Shown: piece by piece, positions 1 through 11,700 of the stretch
Layout of the letters: every line of letters begins with the position of its first letter
Numbering within the stretch: position 1 is the first letter of the stretch
Source: Salinispira sp.
GTDB taxonomy: Bacteria; Spirochaetota; Spirochaetia; DSM-27196; Salinispiraceae
Direction: 5' to 3'
Assembly (NCBI GenBank): GCA_965226555.1
Contig: CBDDDG010000010.1
Location: 256,001 to 320,000 of the forward strand
Length of the DNA stretch: 64,000 nt
The notes under the pieces: model-generated
What the model was told of the DNA's origin: nothing
Databases searched by the model: none
Seen by the model: the letters and a program-made list of their open reading frames with translations, nothing else
Program-made: the position numbers and the translations under genes

Positions 1-937
1 GATTTTCCCATGTCCGCGACTGAGATTCGTGGATTCCCAAACTGGTTCCGCCTGCGAGAAGGTTGCCCCTGATATCCTCTCCCATACCAAGTTCATAAAA
101 GCCGTGCCCTGCCTCATGAACAATACTGAGCAGGGAGGAATTGAAAAAATTCTCCATGTACCGTGTCGTAATGCGCACATCGTCATCGGATATTTCAGTG
201 GTAAAGGGATGCGCAGAGACATCCAGACGCCCGCGATCCATGGGGTATTCAAATTTCTTCAGCACCTGACGGCCGAATTCTTCCTGGAATTGCGCGGGGT
301 AATGCTTTGTAAGAAAGCTATTATCCACCTGAGGAGCATCGGCAATACGCTGTACAAGGGGAACTAATTCCGCCTTGAATTCAGAGAATATCCGATCCAC
401 TTCCGCCGTTTTCATAGCTGGTTCATATTCATCGAGAAGGGGATCATAGGGGTGATCCTCATATCCGAATGTATCCGCAGATTGAAGCTTAAGATCAACG
501 ATTTTCTCAAGCCAGGGCTGAAACAGGGAAAAATTATTATCCTGACGGGCGCGCGCCCATGCCGACTGGGCCTGGCTGCATGTTTCAGACAGGGCCTTTA
601 CGAGGCTCGTTGGAAGTTTTGTTTCGCGGGAATACCTGCGATACACATACCGAATAAACGAACGTTCGGTTCGGGTCATGTCGGCGCAAACGGTGTCGCC
701 GCCGAATGGCTGCGAGTCGCCCGCCTCCAGTTTGGCAAGCAGATTGCCAATTTCAGGAGCGGTAATTTTTTCATGCAGCAGCGCCGCAACCGCAGAACAT
801 TGTCGGCTCCGGCTGAGAATGGCCTTTGGGGGCATGGTGGTTTCCTGATCCCAGTCGAGAAGGGCCGATACTCCTGACCATACTGTTATTTCCCTTCCCA
901 GCTCCATAAGACGGTTCAGTGATTTTCGGGAATTCAT
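1..937 (-). CDS. Carboxypeptidase Taq family (peptidase M32), runs off the window edge
   Basis: Not in the ORF track; translated by hand from ATG 937 (RBS GGAGG): MNSRKSLNRL...LLDWDQETTMPP, then HEAGH (HExxH) and GIHESQSRTWEN, all M32 motifs. Confidence 0.9.
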   Translation of the reverse strand, partial: MNSRKSLNRLMELGREITVWSGVSALLDWDQETTMPPKAILSRSRQCSAVAALLHEKITAPEIGNLLAKLEAGDSQPFGGDTVCADMTRTERSFIRYVYRRYSRETKLPTSLVKALSETCSQAQSAWARARQDNNFSLFQPWLEKIVDLKLQSADTFGYEDHPYDPLLDEYEPAMKTAEVDRIFSEFKAELVPLVQRIADAPQVDNSFLTKHYPAQFQEEFGRQVLKKFEYPMDRGRLDVSAHPFTTEISDDDVRITTRYMENFFNSSLLSIVHEAGHGFYELGMGEDIRGNLLAGGTSLGIHESQSRTWEN

Positions 938-965
938 ACTGTCCTCCTGCCTAATGTTTTCCGGT

Positions 966-1013
966 CGGCTTCACATGAGCACGGCTTCACATGAGCGCGG
1001 CTTCACATGGGCG
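966..1013. repeat. 16-bp tandem repeat x3 covering the thrS stop codon
   Basis: CGGCTTCACATGAGCA / CGGCTTCACATGAGCG / CGGCTTCACATGGGCG. Confidence 0.9.
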
Positions 1014-2751
1014 CTCGTGAGCATATTTTTTCGGCGATCAGGCGCTTGAATTCGCTGATCGGCATGTTGTCTACACGTTCATTACTGCGTGTGCGGATTG
1101 ACACACTGCCTTCGGCAAGTTCCTTTTCGCCAATGATGATCATGTAGGGAATTTTTTGCTGCTGATGTTTGCGGATTTTGGCATTCATGCGCGCATCTGT
1201 GAGATCGGCAAAGGCGCGGAAACCGGAATTTTTCAGATCTTCCGCAACATCGTCAGCTCCTTTGTGGAAGGGGGGCGCAACAGGAATAACCGCGACCTGT
1301 TCGGGCGCAAGCCACAGCGGAAAGGCTCCGGCATAATGCTCAATGAGAATGCCGATAAATCTCTCAAGACTTCCAAGGACAGCCCGGTGAAGAAGAACCG
1401 GAGTATGCTTTTCCCCATCTTCCGCAATATACACGGCATTGAGGCGCTCAGGCGAAGGAAGTTGATAATCGACCTGCATGGTACCGCACTGCCAGTGACG
1501 GCCGAGAGCATCGACAAGAGTAAATTCAAGCTTGGGTCCATAGAAGGCTCCCTCGCCCCTTGCCAGTTCATAATCCAGCCCCGCCTGCTTACATGCGTCC
1601 GCGAGCGCTGCCTCGGCGCGGTCCCATGTCGCATCATCGCCAATGCGCTTCAGGGGACGGGTGGAAAATTTTACGATAACATTCTCACTGTTGAAACCAA
1701 AGTCGCTGTACAATTCTCTGAGAAGGCTGACAAAAAGCTTTACCTCGTCAACTATCTGTTCTTCTGTGCAGAAAATATGCGCATCGTCCTGAACAAAGCC
1801 CCGAACCCGCATGAGACCATGGAGGGCGCCGCTGGGTTCATTACGCGTACATGAACCAAATTCGGAAATTCTCAGGGGGAGATCACGATAGCTCTTTATA
1901 CCCTTTCTGAAAATCTCAATGTGCCCGGGACAGTTCATGGGTTTGAGTGCAAAGTCGCGCTTTTCACTCTCGGTAACAAACATGTTTTCCTGATATTTTT
2001 CCCAATGTCCCGAACGTTCCCAGAGGCTTCTGCTCATGAGCAGCGGCGTATGCACTTCCCGATACCCCTGCCGGGAAACGGCGGCGCGCACATGGTTCTG
2101 AATGTTCACATACAGGCTCCACCCGCGCGGATGCCAGAATATCTGCCCAGGATTATCATCTTCCATATGGAAGAGAGCAAGGCTTTTCCCGAGATTCCGA
2201 TGATCCCGTTTAGCAACTTCCCTGAGCCGCTCAAGATACATACGAAGCTGCTTGGGATTTTCCCAGACAGTGCCGTAGATACGGGTGAGCATTGGTCTGG
2301 TTGAATCGCCCCGCCAATATGCCCCCGCGATGCGAAGGAGCTTGAAACTCCGCCAGTCAATGTCTGCGGTATTTTCAACATGAGGACCGCGGCAGAGATC
2401 GGTAAAGGTATCGACAGTATACATGCTTACTTCCTCAGCCTCGGGGATGAGATCGATTAATTCCAGCTTGTATGCCTGCCCCGCAAAAAACCGCCTCGCT
2501 TCTTCCCGTGTAACAACAGTTTTTTCAAGTGTATGGTTTCCCCTGAGGATATCCCTCATGGAATTTTCCAGCTCTTCGAGATCTTCCAGTTTGAGCTGTT
2601 CAGGAAGGTCAAAATCGTAGTAAAACCCGTTTTCAATGGGCGGACCAATGGCAATTTTTGCATTGGGGAATTTTTTCAGTACGGCTTCGGCCATGACATG
2701 GGCAGTTGTATGCCGTATAACATACAGGCTATCCTGTTCTTTCGGTGTCAC
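1003..2751 (-). CDS. thrS: Threonine--tRNA ligase
   Basis: [46 protein letters not shown] and GSLERF motifs. Confidence 0.98.
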   Translation of the reverse strand: MTPKEQDSLYVIRHTTAHVMAEAVLKKFPNAKIAIGPPIENGFYYDFDLPEQLKLEDLEELENSMRDILRGNHTLEKTVVTREEARRFFAGQAYKLELIDLIPEAEEVSMYTVDTFTDLCRGPHVENTADIDWRSFKLLRIAGAYWRGDSTRPMLTRIYGTVWENPKQLRMYLERLREVAKRDHRNLGKSLALFHMEDDNPGQIFWHPRGWSLYVNIQNHVRAAVSRQGYREVHTPLLMSRSLWERSGHWEKYQENMFVTESEKRDFALKPMNCPGHIEIFRKGIKSYRDLPLRISEFGSCTRNEPSGALHGLMRVRGFVQDDAHIFCTEEQIVDEVKLFVSLLRELYSDFGFNSENVIVKFSTRPLKRIGDDATWDRAEAALADACKQAGLDYELARGEGAFYGPKLEFTLVDALGRHWQCGTMQVDYQLPSPERLNAVYIAEDGEKHTPVLLHRAVLGSLERFIGILIEHYAGAFPLWLAPEQVAVIPVAPPFHKGADDVAEDLKNSGFRAFADLTDARMNAKIRKHQQQKIPYMIIIGEKELAEGSVSIRTRSNERVDNMPISEFKRLIAEKICSRAPM

Positions 2752-4230
2752 TTAGTTCCTCTGCTCTTTCGTGAATGTATTGGTAAGTCGGGTATGAATT
2801 TTTTTGAGCGCATCCGATGAGGTTACATTAAACATTGTAAGCACAACGGGATCAATTGAGCCGTAATCGACTCTGCCCTCATCAACATTGGCAAGGATAT
2901 TTGCAAGATATACGGAAATAGTTACCGGATAACATTCCTTTGGAGCATCGAGCGGATTATGATGGAAACGTATTGCATTAACAAGCATGTCGGGAAAATT
3001 CCATTTTTCAGCAATAGTAGCGCCAATTTCGGCATGACTGAGTCCGATTGCAAAATTCTCAAACTGAGATGTCTCAATCCCCTTCTGCCGAGTAAATTCC
3101 TGAATTTTTTTCAACAGATCGGGATGCACGGTGCCGAAAACAATTTTACCAATGTCGTGTAAAATTCCGCCAATGTACACATCATCCAGAATGTCGTTTC
3201 GTTTTAAGAGCTCGCGGGCCAGCATATAGGCATAGTGCGCGGTGCGATGACTATGTTCCCACAGCATCTGTGTTTCCGGGGTTCCTGAGTCAATGGTTAT
3301 CTGCGCTCCATAAGAATAGAGAAGATTCTTAATTGCCTTTAGTCCAACAAGATTGACTGCCTCGTTGATATTGGTCATTCGTTTGGGAAGCATATAGTCC
3401 ACAGAATTAACCAGTTTCAGCAGATCGGCAGTGAGCGAAGGATCTGTTGATATCTTTCGGGAAACATCGCTGATCTTCGTATTGGGATCATTAAGTGCTT
3501 TCTGAAGGACAACGATGCTCTGCGGAAAATGCGGAATAGTATTAATGTGCTCAATAATTTTTTCAGATACTTCCTGAATTTTCTGGAGCTGCGCAGCCTT
3601 CACGGGAATGGTGATCCGCGCTATTGTTTCACCCCGTTCGGTGTCGACATCGAAGGTATGCTCATCGAGCCCGATCCTCTTGAGCATGAGTATCATAATA
3701 ACAAGTCCCAATCCGGCTCCTTCGCTGTCATCAAGAACACTTTCAAATGCTTCTTCCATATCCGTAAAGGCACGGGCATGAATTATCCGGTCGTAGACTC
3801 TCGATTTTTCCTCACGAGTCATTTCAGTATTGTTTACAACGTAAAGACTGAGAACATTGTTTTTTATGTGAAAAATTATTTTGATATACAGTCCCCGTGC
3901 TTTTTGCAGCTGCAGGTAATGTTGAATGTTCTCCAGAGTTGCCTGCTTGAATGTACTCATGCCCTTTTTGTAATCGTCTTCATTGGTGATATCGAGACCA
4001 AGTTCTTCAAAATATACCCGCTTGGTATTTGCCTTCTTTGCATTTACCGCCAACTCATTGAGGCAGTAAAACAGAGAATCGTGCAGTTCCCGCCTGCCGA
4101 GTTCCTTAAGAAAAATTTCAAGTATTTCATTCAGCTGCGCTTCGGTTGCAGGAGGAAGAATATATGTTTTTATTGCAAGCGGCACAGATCCGCGGGCTGC
4201 CTGCTGAATTTTTTTTCTGTCTATATTCAT
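2752..4230 (-). CDS. HDOD-domain signal transduction protein with N-terminal HATPase-like region
   Basis: DPSLTADLLKLVNS, LWEHS, GILHDIGK, HAEIGA..WNFP; N-terminal NELAVNA and GAGLGL boxes. Confidence 0.85.
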   Translation of the reverse strand: MNIDRKKIQQAARGSVPLAIKTYILPPATEAQLNEILEIFLKELGRRELHDSLFYCLNELAVNAKKANTKRVYFEELGLDITNEDDYKKGMSTFKQATLENIQHYLQLQKARGLYIKIIFHIKNNVLSLYVVNNTEMTREEKSRVYDRIIHARAFTDMEEAFESVLDDSEGAGLGLVIMILMLKRIGLDEHTFDVDTERGETIARITIPVKAAQLQKIQEVSEKIIEHINTIPHFPQSIVVLQKALNDPNTKISDVSRKISTDPSLTADLLKLVNSVDYMLPKRMTNINEAVNLVGLKAIKNLLYSYGAQITIDSGTPETQMLWEHSHRTAHYAYMLARELLKRNDILDDVYIGGILHDIGKIVFGTVHPDLLKKIQEFTRQKGIETSQFENFAIGLSHAEIGATIAEKWNFPDMLVNAIRFHHNPLDAPKECYPVTISVYLANILANVDEGRVDYGSIDPVVLTMFNVTSSDALKKIHTRLTNTFTKEQRN

Positions 4231-5321
4231 TCGATATGCCCTGTGAAAATTTTGCTACTGAAAATTTTGCTCTGCAAAATTCTTTGTGAAAGTTCTGCAA
4301 AAATTTCTCATGCAATAATATAGGATTTTTGTAGGGAATGTAAATAGTTTTTTGTGCAGATGGTGGAATATAAACCTTTGGACAGCCCCCCTCCCGTCCA
4401 CTTATTCCGCATTCCCGAGCCCTCCCTCCCGTAGCCCCGAAAAAAATCACACATTATTCAAAATTCTCTCAAAAAACACAATTAAAAATGACAGTTTACC
4501 CGTCACAGATATAGAGGAGAGAATTCACCATGGGACCATGTCGCCATGGGAACTCCCCTATTCAGAAAGAAACGTTCAGGAGGATTGTATGATCGATTTC
4601 AAAGAAAAACCCGCCCCCGTTCCCTACGACCAAGGATACCGCTCCCTGCTGTTCCAACCCGCAATAATGCTCCAATTTCTTCAACGCTTTGTTGGAGGCG
4701 CGTGGACGAAAAAACTCCGCCGTGAAGATATAACCATCGAAAACGGCACATTTTTCATCGACCATGCGAAAACACGGATGGCCGACATTGTCTGCAAAAT
4801 AACGCAGAAGGATCACACGGGAGATGTTGTCATTTATGTGCTCCTTGAGCATCAGTCCGGCGTGGACAAAGACATGCCCCTTCGCATGTCGGAGTATACG
4901 AATCTGCTCTACCGGAACATTCACCGATCTGGAGCAATTCCCGATGACTGCGAGTTGGTATTTCTGCCCATTGTGTTCTATAATGGTACGAGAAAATGGA
5001 AGGTGCCAGGGAACGTCAGAGAGCAACGGAAGCGGGAATTCCCGCAGTATCTTGCTCCTTTTCCTTATGATCTGATAAGTGAGAGCGATTATTCTGCGGA
5101 GCAGCTACAGAGTCGGGGAAGAATGTTTGCGGCTGTTATGTACCTTGATCTGTACTCGAAAAATCTGCTGAATACGGATTGGGACATTCGGAAGGTGGAG
5201 AAAGCGATAGCAGAAATGCTGAATGAAGAATCGCTGGAGCTGATAGAGGAATTTATCGGCGTGGTAGATTCGATGTTTGGAATAGTTATAGACTTCGATA
5301 CGCTAATGAAACAATTAGAAG

Positions 5322-5447
5322 CAAAGTTTTGCCAGAGGCAAAACTTTCTATAAAATTGGAGAATGCTAAGCACAAAGAAAGCATTCCAAATTTGAAACTT
5401 TTGCTATTGGAAATTGTGCTTGCACAATTTTCCAATGCAAAAGTTTC
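5322..5447. mobile_element. Composite palindromic element (27-bp hairpin + ~45-bp spacer + 54-bp hairpin)
   Basis: Same structure at 28678, 32646, 47305 and 52422; flanked by AGAAG/AGAAA. Confidence 0.85.
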
Positions 5448-5487
5448 AGAAAGAACAAAAGAACCGAGAGGTAAGGAGGTAGCGAAA

Positions 5488-5832
5488 ATGTTCAGAATGA
5501 ATGCGGAAACATTCAGAGCGCGCATTGCGGAGATGGGTCGGCAGGAAGGCCTGCGAACAGGCCGTGAAGAAGGATTGCAAACAGGTCGGCAGGAAGGACT
5601 TCAGACAGGATTGCAAACAGGCCGTGAAGAAGGACTTCAGAAGGGGCTACAGACAGGTCGACAGGAAGGACTTCAAAAGGGGCTACAGGCAGGCCGCGCT
5701 GAGGGGCATATTGAGGAGCGGAGAAAAAACGCCCGTAGTATGTTTTTGGAAGGCTTGTCGACAGAGGCTGTTCAGAGGATTACCGGGCTGAGCGATGAGG
5801 AAATGCGGACATTGCGGAACGGATCGCATTAA
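5488..5832 (+). CDS. Small C-terminal Rpn protein from an internal start (RpnS-like)
   Basis: Strong SD TAAGGAGGT (5472-5480) before ATG 5488; open frame MFRMNAETF...LRNGSH. Confidence 0.7.
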   Translation: MFRMNAETFRARIAEMGRQEGLRTGREEGLQTGRQEGLQTGLQTGREEGLQKGLQTGRQEGLQKGLQAGRAEGHIEERRKNARSMFLEGLSTEAVQRITGLSDEEMRTLRNGSH

Positions 5833-5857
5833 GTTGGAACCGCTCGGCCTGCGCGCT

Positions 5858-6006
5858 AAAACTTTTGCATTGATAAAGTTTCGCCTGAGGCAATCCTCAT
5901 TGGAAAATTGTGCTTGCGCAATTTTCAGTAGCAAAAGTTTCTGGAAAAGTATTGTTGTGAATTGAAAAGACAACTCGGAAAAAAATTTGTATTTTGCAAA
6001 ATTTTC
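5858..6006. repeat. Degenerate palindromic-element copies upstream of topA
   Basis: AAAACTTTTGCATTG...GGAAAATTGTGCTTGCGCAATTTTCAGTAGCAAAAGTTTC plus a short arm at 5978-6006. Confidence 0.7.
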
Positions 6007-6044
6007 TTGACTAAATGATTAATATTTGCATGATACTGGTTTAT

Positions 6045-8633
6045 ATGTCAGAAAAGTATCTTGTCATCGTTGAATCGCCGACAAAGGCGCGCACAATTTC
6101 CCGCTTCCTGCCCAAAAATTTCATTGTGGAGGCAAGCATCGGGCATGTCCGCGATCTTCCCCAAACAGCAGCCGACATTCCGGCATCGAAAAAAGACCTG
6201 CCCTGGGCACGGCTGGGAATTGATGTTGATAATGACTTTGCTCCCCTGTATACAACACCAAAGGGGAAGGGAAAAATTATTAACACCCTCAAAAGACGGA
6301 TAAAAGAGGTGCGGGGTTTGTATCTCGCTACCGACGAAGACAGGGAGGGGGAGAGCATAAGCTGGCATCTGATCCAGATTCTGAAACCGGAAAAGCTGAA
6401 AATTCCGGTAAAACGAATGGTCTTCCATGAAATTACCCGAACCGCTATTACCGCTGCGCTTAATCATACCCGCGATGTTGATATGGATTTGGTGCGCGCT
6501 CAGGAAACCCGCAGAGTTCTGGATCGGCTGTATGGTTTTACCCTTTCTCCCCTTATTTGGAAAAAAATTGCCTTCGGGCTTTCGGCCGGACGCGTTCAGA
6601 GCCCTGGTTTGCGTATGATTGTTGAAAGAGAACGGCTACGCATGAGCTTTGTGCAATCGGTCTTTTGGGACATTCGGGCTGTGCTTAAATGTTTGGCTGC
6701 CGATCCGGAAAAAGATTTTGAGGCGCGTTTAACACACATGAGGGGAAAACGGCTTGTATCGGGAAAGGATTTTAATCCGGAAACCGGCCTCATCAAAAAT
6801 TACCCTGAAAACAACAGTAAAAATCACCCTGAAAACCAGACAAACAACGAAGACATTCTCACTCTTTCGGAGGCCGATACTACTGCTGTTCGGAAAGCAC
6901 TTCGTGAAGAGAAATGGCGGGTTATTAATGTAAAAGAGCGGGAAAGTCAGAGCCATCCTGCCGCTCCCTTTATTACATCGACCCTTCAGCAGGACGGCAA
7001 CCGCAAACTGGGCATGTCTGCCCGGGAAACCATGCGCACGGCTCAGCGTCTCTATGAAGAGGGCTTCATAACCTACATGCGTACCGACAGCCCGACCCTG
7101 AGCGCCGAGGCAATACAGGGGGCGCGGAATGTGGTTACGGAACTCTTCGGAGAAAAATATCTGAGTCAGCGCACGCGGCAATTCAGCAGCAAAAGCAAGA
7201 ACGCGCAGGAAGCCCATGAGGCAATTCGTCCAGCGGGATCACAGTTCACTCATCCCGATAAAACCGGCCTGAGCGGGCGTGAAAAAGCGCTGTATGAGCT
7301 CATATGGAAACGGACACTTGCCACTCAAATGGCATCTGCTGTTAAATCGGGAAGCACCGTAAAAATTCAGGCCGGCGATGCTGTTTTTCAGGCAAACGGA
7401 ACCAAAATACTCTTTCAGGGTTTTCTGAAACTGTACATGGCAGACGGCAGTAATGACGAGGCAATTTTGCCCGATCTGAAAGAGGGGCAGGTCTGCGCAG
7501 TGCAGAGCCTTGAAAATCAGCGCCATGAAACAAAACCACCTGCCCGCTACACCGAGGCGAGTCTTATTCAGAATTTAGAGAAGCTGGGCATCGGTCGGCC
7601 GAGTACCTATTCGAGTATTATTGGCATACTTCTCGACCGCAACTATGTGCGAAAAAACAAGGACGTACTCATACCAAGTTTCATTGGTATGGCGGTAACG
7701 CAGTTCCTTGAGAAAAATTTCGCGCATCTCATTACATACACCTTTACATCCGATATGGAGACCAGTCTTGACCGCATTTCCACCGGCGATGAGAACAATC
7801 TGAATTATCTGCGGAGTTTTTACTGCGGGTCAGAGGGATTGAAAGCTCAGGTCGATAAGCGGGAAGCCGGTATTCAGCCTGAGGAATCGCGAAAAATTGT
7901 TCTGCCTCGGGCGAGCGGCGGCGCGGAAATACGCGTCGGGCGCTTTGGTCCCTACATTGTTGCAGACGGTCCGGACGGCAAGAAGATTCACAGTACTATT
8001 CCCGAAGAAATTGCGCCGGCCGATCTCAGTCCTCAAGATATAAAAACCCTTATTGACGTTCAGATCAAGGGACCTGAGCCGATCGGCCGCGATCCGAAAA
8101 CAGACAAGCCGATTTTCTGTCTCAGCGGCCGTTACGGTTTCTATGTGCAGCTTGGAGAGGTGAGTGAAGAAGAACCAAAACCCCGGCGGGCGAGCGTTCC
8201 GCGGAATCAAAATCCGCGTGAAATTACTCTGGAAGATGCGCTGAAGTATCTGAGTATTCCGCGTATCCTCGGGACACACCCCAAAACGGGTAAGGACATT
8301 GTTGCAGGCATTGGACGTTTTGGTCCCTTTGTAACCCACGATGGAAATTTCAGAAGCCTTAAAAAGGATGATGATGTGTACAGTGTCGGCCGTGACCGGG
8401 CGCTTGAGCTGCTCAACGAAGCCAAATCTTCCCAAAGACGACAGAGCACCCTTATAAAGGAAGTGGGAGATTTCGATAAGAAAAAAATTGCCCTCTATTC
8501 CGGAAAGTACGGACCATACATTAAATTCGGAACAAAAAACATTCCTCTGCCGGGCAAAGAGAATAATGAGGAAGACATAAAGAAATTGAGTCTGAAAGAA
8601 TGTGTTGATATTATCAGGAATTGGAAAAAATAA
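6045..8633 (+). CDS. topA: DNA topoisomerase I (type IA) with C-terminal repeats
   Basis: VIVESPTKA, LATDEDREGE, SAGRVQS, ITYMRTDS, QEAHEAIRP, GIGRPSTY; GRFGPY-type C-terminal repeats. Confidence 0.97.
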   Translation: MSEKYLVIVESPTKARTISRFLPKNFIVEASIGHVRDLPQTAADIPASKKDLPWARLGIDVDNDFAPLYTTPKGKGKIINTLKRRIKEVRGLYLATDEDREGESISWHLIQILKPEKLKIPVKRMVFHEITRTAITAALNHTRDVDMDLVRAQETRRVLDRLYGFTLSPLIWKKIAFGLSAGRVQSPGLRMIVERERLRMSFVQSVFWDIRAVLKCLAADPEKDFEARLTHMRGKRLVSGKDFNPETGLIKNYPENNSKNHPENQTNNEDILTLSEADTTAVRKALREEKWRVINVKERESQSHPAAPFITSTLQQDGNRKLGMSARETMRTAQRLYEEGFITYMRTDSPTLSAEAIQGARNVVTELFGEKYLSQRTRQFSSKSKNAQEAHEAIRPAGSQFTHPDKTGLSGREKALYELIWKRTLATQMASAVKSGSTVKIQAGDAVFQANGTKILFQGFLKLYMADGSNDEAILPDLKEGQVCAVQSLENQRHETKPPARYTEASLIQNLEKLGIGRPSTYSSIIGILLDRNYVRKNKDVLIPSFIGMAVTQFLEKNFAHLITYTFTSDMETSLDRISTGDENNLNYLRSFYCGSEGLKAQVDKREAGIQPEESRKIVLPRASGGAEIRVGRFGPYIVADGPDGKKIHSTIPEEIAPADLSPQDIKTLIDVQIKGPEPIGRDPKTDKPIFCLSGRYGFYVQLGEVSEEEPKPRRASVPRNQNPREITLEDALKYLSIPRILGTHPKTGKDIVAGIGRFGPFVTHDGNFRSLKKDDDVYSVGRDRALELLNEAKSSQRRQSTLIKEVGDFDKKKIALYSGKYGPYIKFGTKNIPLPGKENNEEDIKKLSLKECVDIIRNWKK

Positions 8634-8662
8634 AAGCTGCCTCATACTGTATGAGGCAGCTT
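8634..8662. terminator. Hairpin between convergent genes (probable terminator)
   Basis: AAGCTGCCTCATAC-T-GTATGAGGCAGCTT perfect inverted repeat directly after the topA stop. Confidence 0.7.
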
Positions 8663-8702
8663 CATGGGTGGGCTCAGCTGTTTTTCGTTAGTTGTTTATA
8701 AC

Positions 8703-11700
8703 TTACTCGGGTAGTAAATATTTTTGTCTTATGACTCTTCTTTCACCACCAGAAATTTGCCATTCAACAGTGACATAATCACTTCCCCCGCCTTCCTTGT
8801 GAAGTACTTCAACGTAATACTTGGTACCGGCAACTAAGTTTTGGGTCACTGATTGCCGTTTGTTATCAGAGGCAATTTTTTGTTTGCTATCTGGAGAAGA
8901 ACCAAAATACAATTCAGCCTGATTATCAGCAGCAATCCAGAACGTATAGGTTCCTGTTACCTGTGGTGTAATATACCCATATATTCTTTGGCCGTAATCA
9001 TTTCTCCAATTTTTTGGAGCGACAAAATCATAAACCACACTGCGATAATCGGGATTATGAGGATAATTTGAATTATTCGTTAAATCGGCAATGCTGTTGC
9101 CGGTAATGTCAAGCCAGAGATCTCTTTTCAGTCCGCCGCCAACGGGGAAAGATACCTTACTCGCAGAAGGTAATCTACGGGTAGGATCCCCAACCTCAAG
9201 CATCGCCCTGAGAAGTGACCGAGGATCTTGTAGTGGAAGATCAAAACCCATTTCCCAGATCATGATTCCTCCCAGTTTTTCATTAATTGCCATATTTGTT
9301 TTTCTCTTGATCAGATCAATATTGTTAATTTTATAGCCATCTACAACATTTTGAGAAGAAGGCATATCAGGATAGTTTGTCCGAATAGTACGATATGAAG
9401 ATTCATATCCATCCCAGAAAGTATACCAGGCCTGTGGCGCTGACGCTGGAGCAACCCCATAGAAGCCAGTCCCAATGTTTAGTTGCTCACGCGCAAATCC
9501 TTTGTCAAGGAATGCATTCATCTCATCTACCGCATCACCATATGTATCATTACCCCATTCACCAAAACTATCCTGGCCCGAACTCTCGTATGCCATAATA
9601 TTCACATAATCAACGGCATTGACAACTGAGGCAGGCGCAGAATCTATTAGGGACAAACCACTAACTACAGCAATTGAGAGTTTTTTCCCATCCGCATTCA
9701 ATTCTGCTTTCAACTCGGTTAAATAGGTAACAAATGCAGGCCATTGACCGCTAGATGGCCATTCCCAATCGATATCAAGACCATAAAAACCGTTATTAAC
9801 AATAAACTCTACTATATTCCGGATATTTTTCGCCCGCTTTGTTGGATTACCTATGATATTGCCCAGTCCGCCGCCGCTGGGTGATGACCCCGCGCTGTAC
9901 CATAGCCGCGCGCTCTTTCCGGCGGCAGCTGTTTTAAAATTCTGCAGCCCATCTGGTTGAGAATCGGGTTCGAGTATATCAATATACGTATGAGCAAGAA
10001 GAATGACATCTGTCAGATAATCAAATATATTATCTTCAACGTAATATTGAGTATTATCCGTAGAATCATTATAATCAAAATCACGATACGGGGTATACCC
10101 GACAATTCGCAGCTTGGGATTGCCGACAGGTGTAGTTGCCGAAGCAGCTTCTGACCAATCACTCAGACCCGCAGCGTTCCGTGCGAGAATCCGCACATCA
10201 TACTTGGTGCTCTCATACAGTCCCGTAATGGTGTAGATCTTGTACGCGGCAATTGGAATTACAATAATAGGAGCAGCATTCATCCAGTTACTTTCCGAGA
10301 GCTTATACTGTAGTTGATACCCGGTAATGGGGGTGCCGCCATTGGCCGGCGCCGTCCATGTTGCGGTAATTTTCCCACTCCTCGCGACAAGACTGGGAGC
10401 AGCAGGCGCAGAAGGAGGACTGAATGTACTCTCCGAAACAGTTTGTGACCAATCACCCAGACCCAGACCGTTCAGTGCGCGCATCCGCACATCATACCTC
10501 GTGCTCTCACGCAGTCCCGTAATCTCGTAGGTGGCGGCAGCGCTCCCAATTACAATCGTATTCCCCCAGCTGCTTGTAGAGTTAGGCTTATACTGTAGAT
10601 GATACGAGCTAATGCGGCGGCCGCCATTGTTCGGCTCCGTCCATGTTACGGTAATTTTCCCACCCCCCGCGACAAGCATAGGAACAGGCGCAGAAGGAGG
10701 ACCGACTGGAGTTGCAACAGCAGGTGCTGACCACGAACTATTGCCCCCCTTATTTACGGCAAGCACTACTACACCGTAGGCAATGGTGTTTGTCAATCCG
10801 GTAATGGTGTGGCTTGTGCCGGTAATTCCCTCAATGCTCCCTATCAAGCTACTATCAGACGTATTATTTGAATCATAATATAACAATTCATACCCGGTAA
10901 TGGAGCCGCCGCCGTTCTCTTCCGGCGCCGTCCATGTTGCAATAATCTGCCTATCACCCGCGACAAGCGTGGGAGGAGCAGGCGCAGAAGGAGGTGCTGC
11001 AGGGGTTGCTGTGGCCGATGCGCCCCACGCGCCCACACCCATCGCATTCACAAAGCGCACCTGTACTTCATAGCTGTTGCCGTTTGTCAGTCCGGTAATT
11101 ATATGACTACATACTTCGTCGACCGTATCCTTGCATATGTTCGTGAATCCGGAGGTAATCTCCGTCCAGCTTCCGCTGCTGCCTTCGCGATAACGCAGGT
11201 GAGAGGCAGTGATCGCACTCTCGCCATCATCGCTTGAGATCCTCAACTGGAATATATGAACCACAAGTTCCGTGTTCCGTATTTCAATTGTCGGAGCAGC
11301 AGGCGCAGGAGGAGGTGCTGCGGGGGTTGCTGCGGCACTTTCCGACGGGGTGCTATTGCCCGTGACATTGACAGCGTACACCTGCACCTCGTACGCGGTA
11401 CCGTTTGTTAGGCCCGTAATGGTGTGGCTTGTCGCGGCAATGGAGGAAATGGTCGTTGTCGTATTCGAATCCAGCCAGCTTCCTGCCGGGCTGGTAACTT
11501 CGCGATACTGTAGTTCATAGGTAATAGGGCTGCCGCCGTCATCGGTCGGAGCCGTCCATGCTGCGGTAATCTGCGTATCTCCTGCTGTGAGCACAAGCGC
11601 GGTCGGCCGCATGGGAAGATTGCCAACAGGGGATGCTCCTGTACTCGGTTCCGACCATTCGCCCTTCCCCATCACGTTCACGGCGCGTGCGCGCACCTCG

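Larger units (their letters stand above)
4589..5832 (+). pseudogene. Rpn-family (YhgA-like PD-(D/E)XK) nuclease, type 1, split by a 126-bp palindromic insertion
   Basis: YDQGYRSLL, ADIVCKI, LLEHQS, PIVFYNG..W; C-terminal EGLQTG repeats. Removing 5322-5452 restores one frame (...KQLERTKEPRGKEVAKM...). Confidence 0.85.

Noticed and set aside
29..877. Plus-strand ORFs 29-367 and 452-877
   Set aside because: Antisense shadows of the M32 carboxypeptidase gene.
5329..5487. ORF-track N-terminal extensions (MPEAKLSIKLENAK..., also at 32760, 47423, 52512, 61643)
   Set aside because: These are translations of the palindromic element; better starts with RBS lie downstream.
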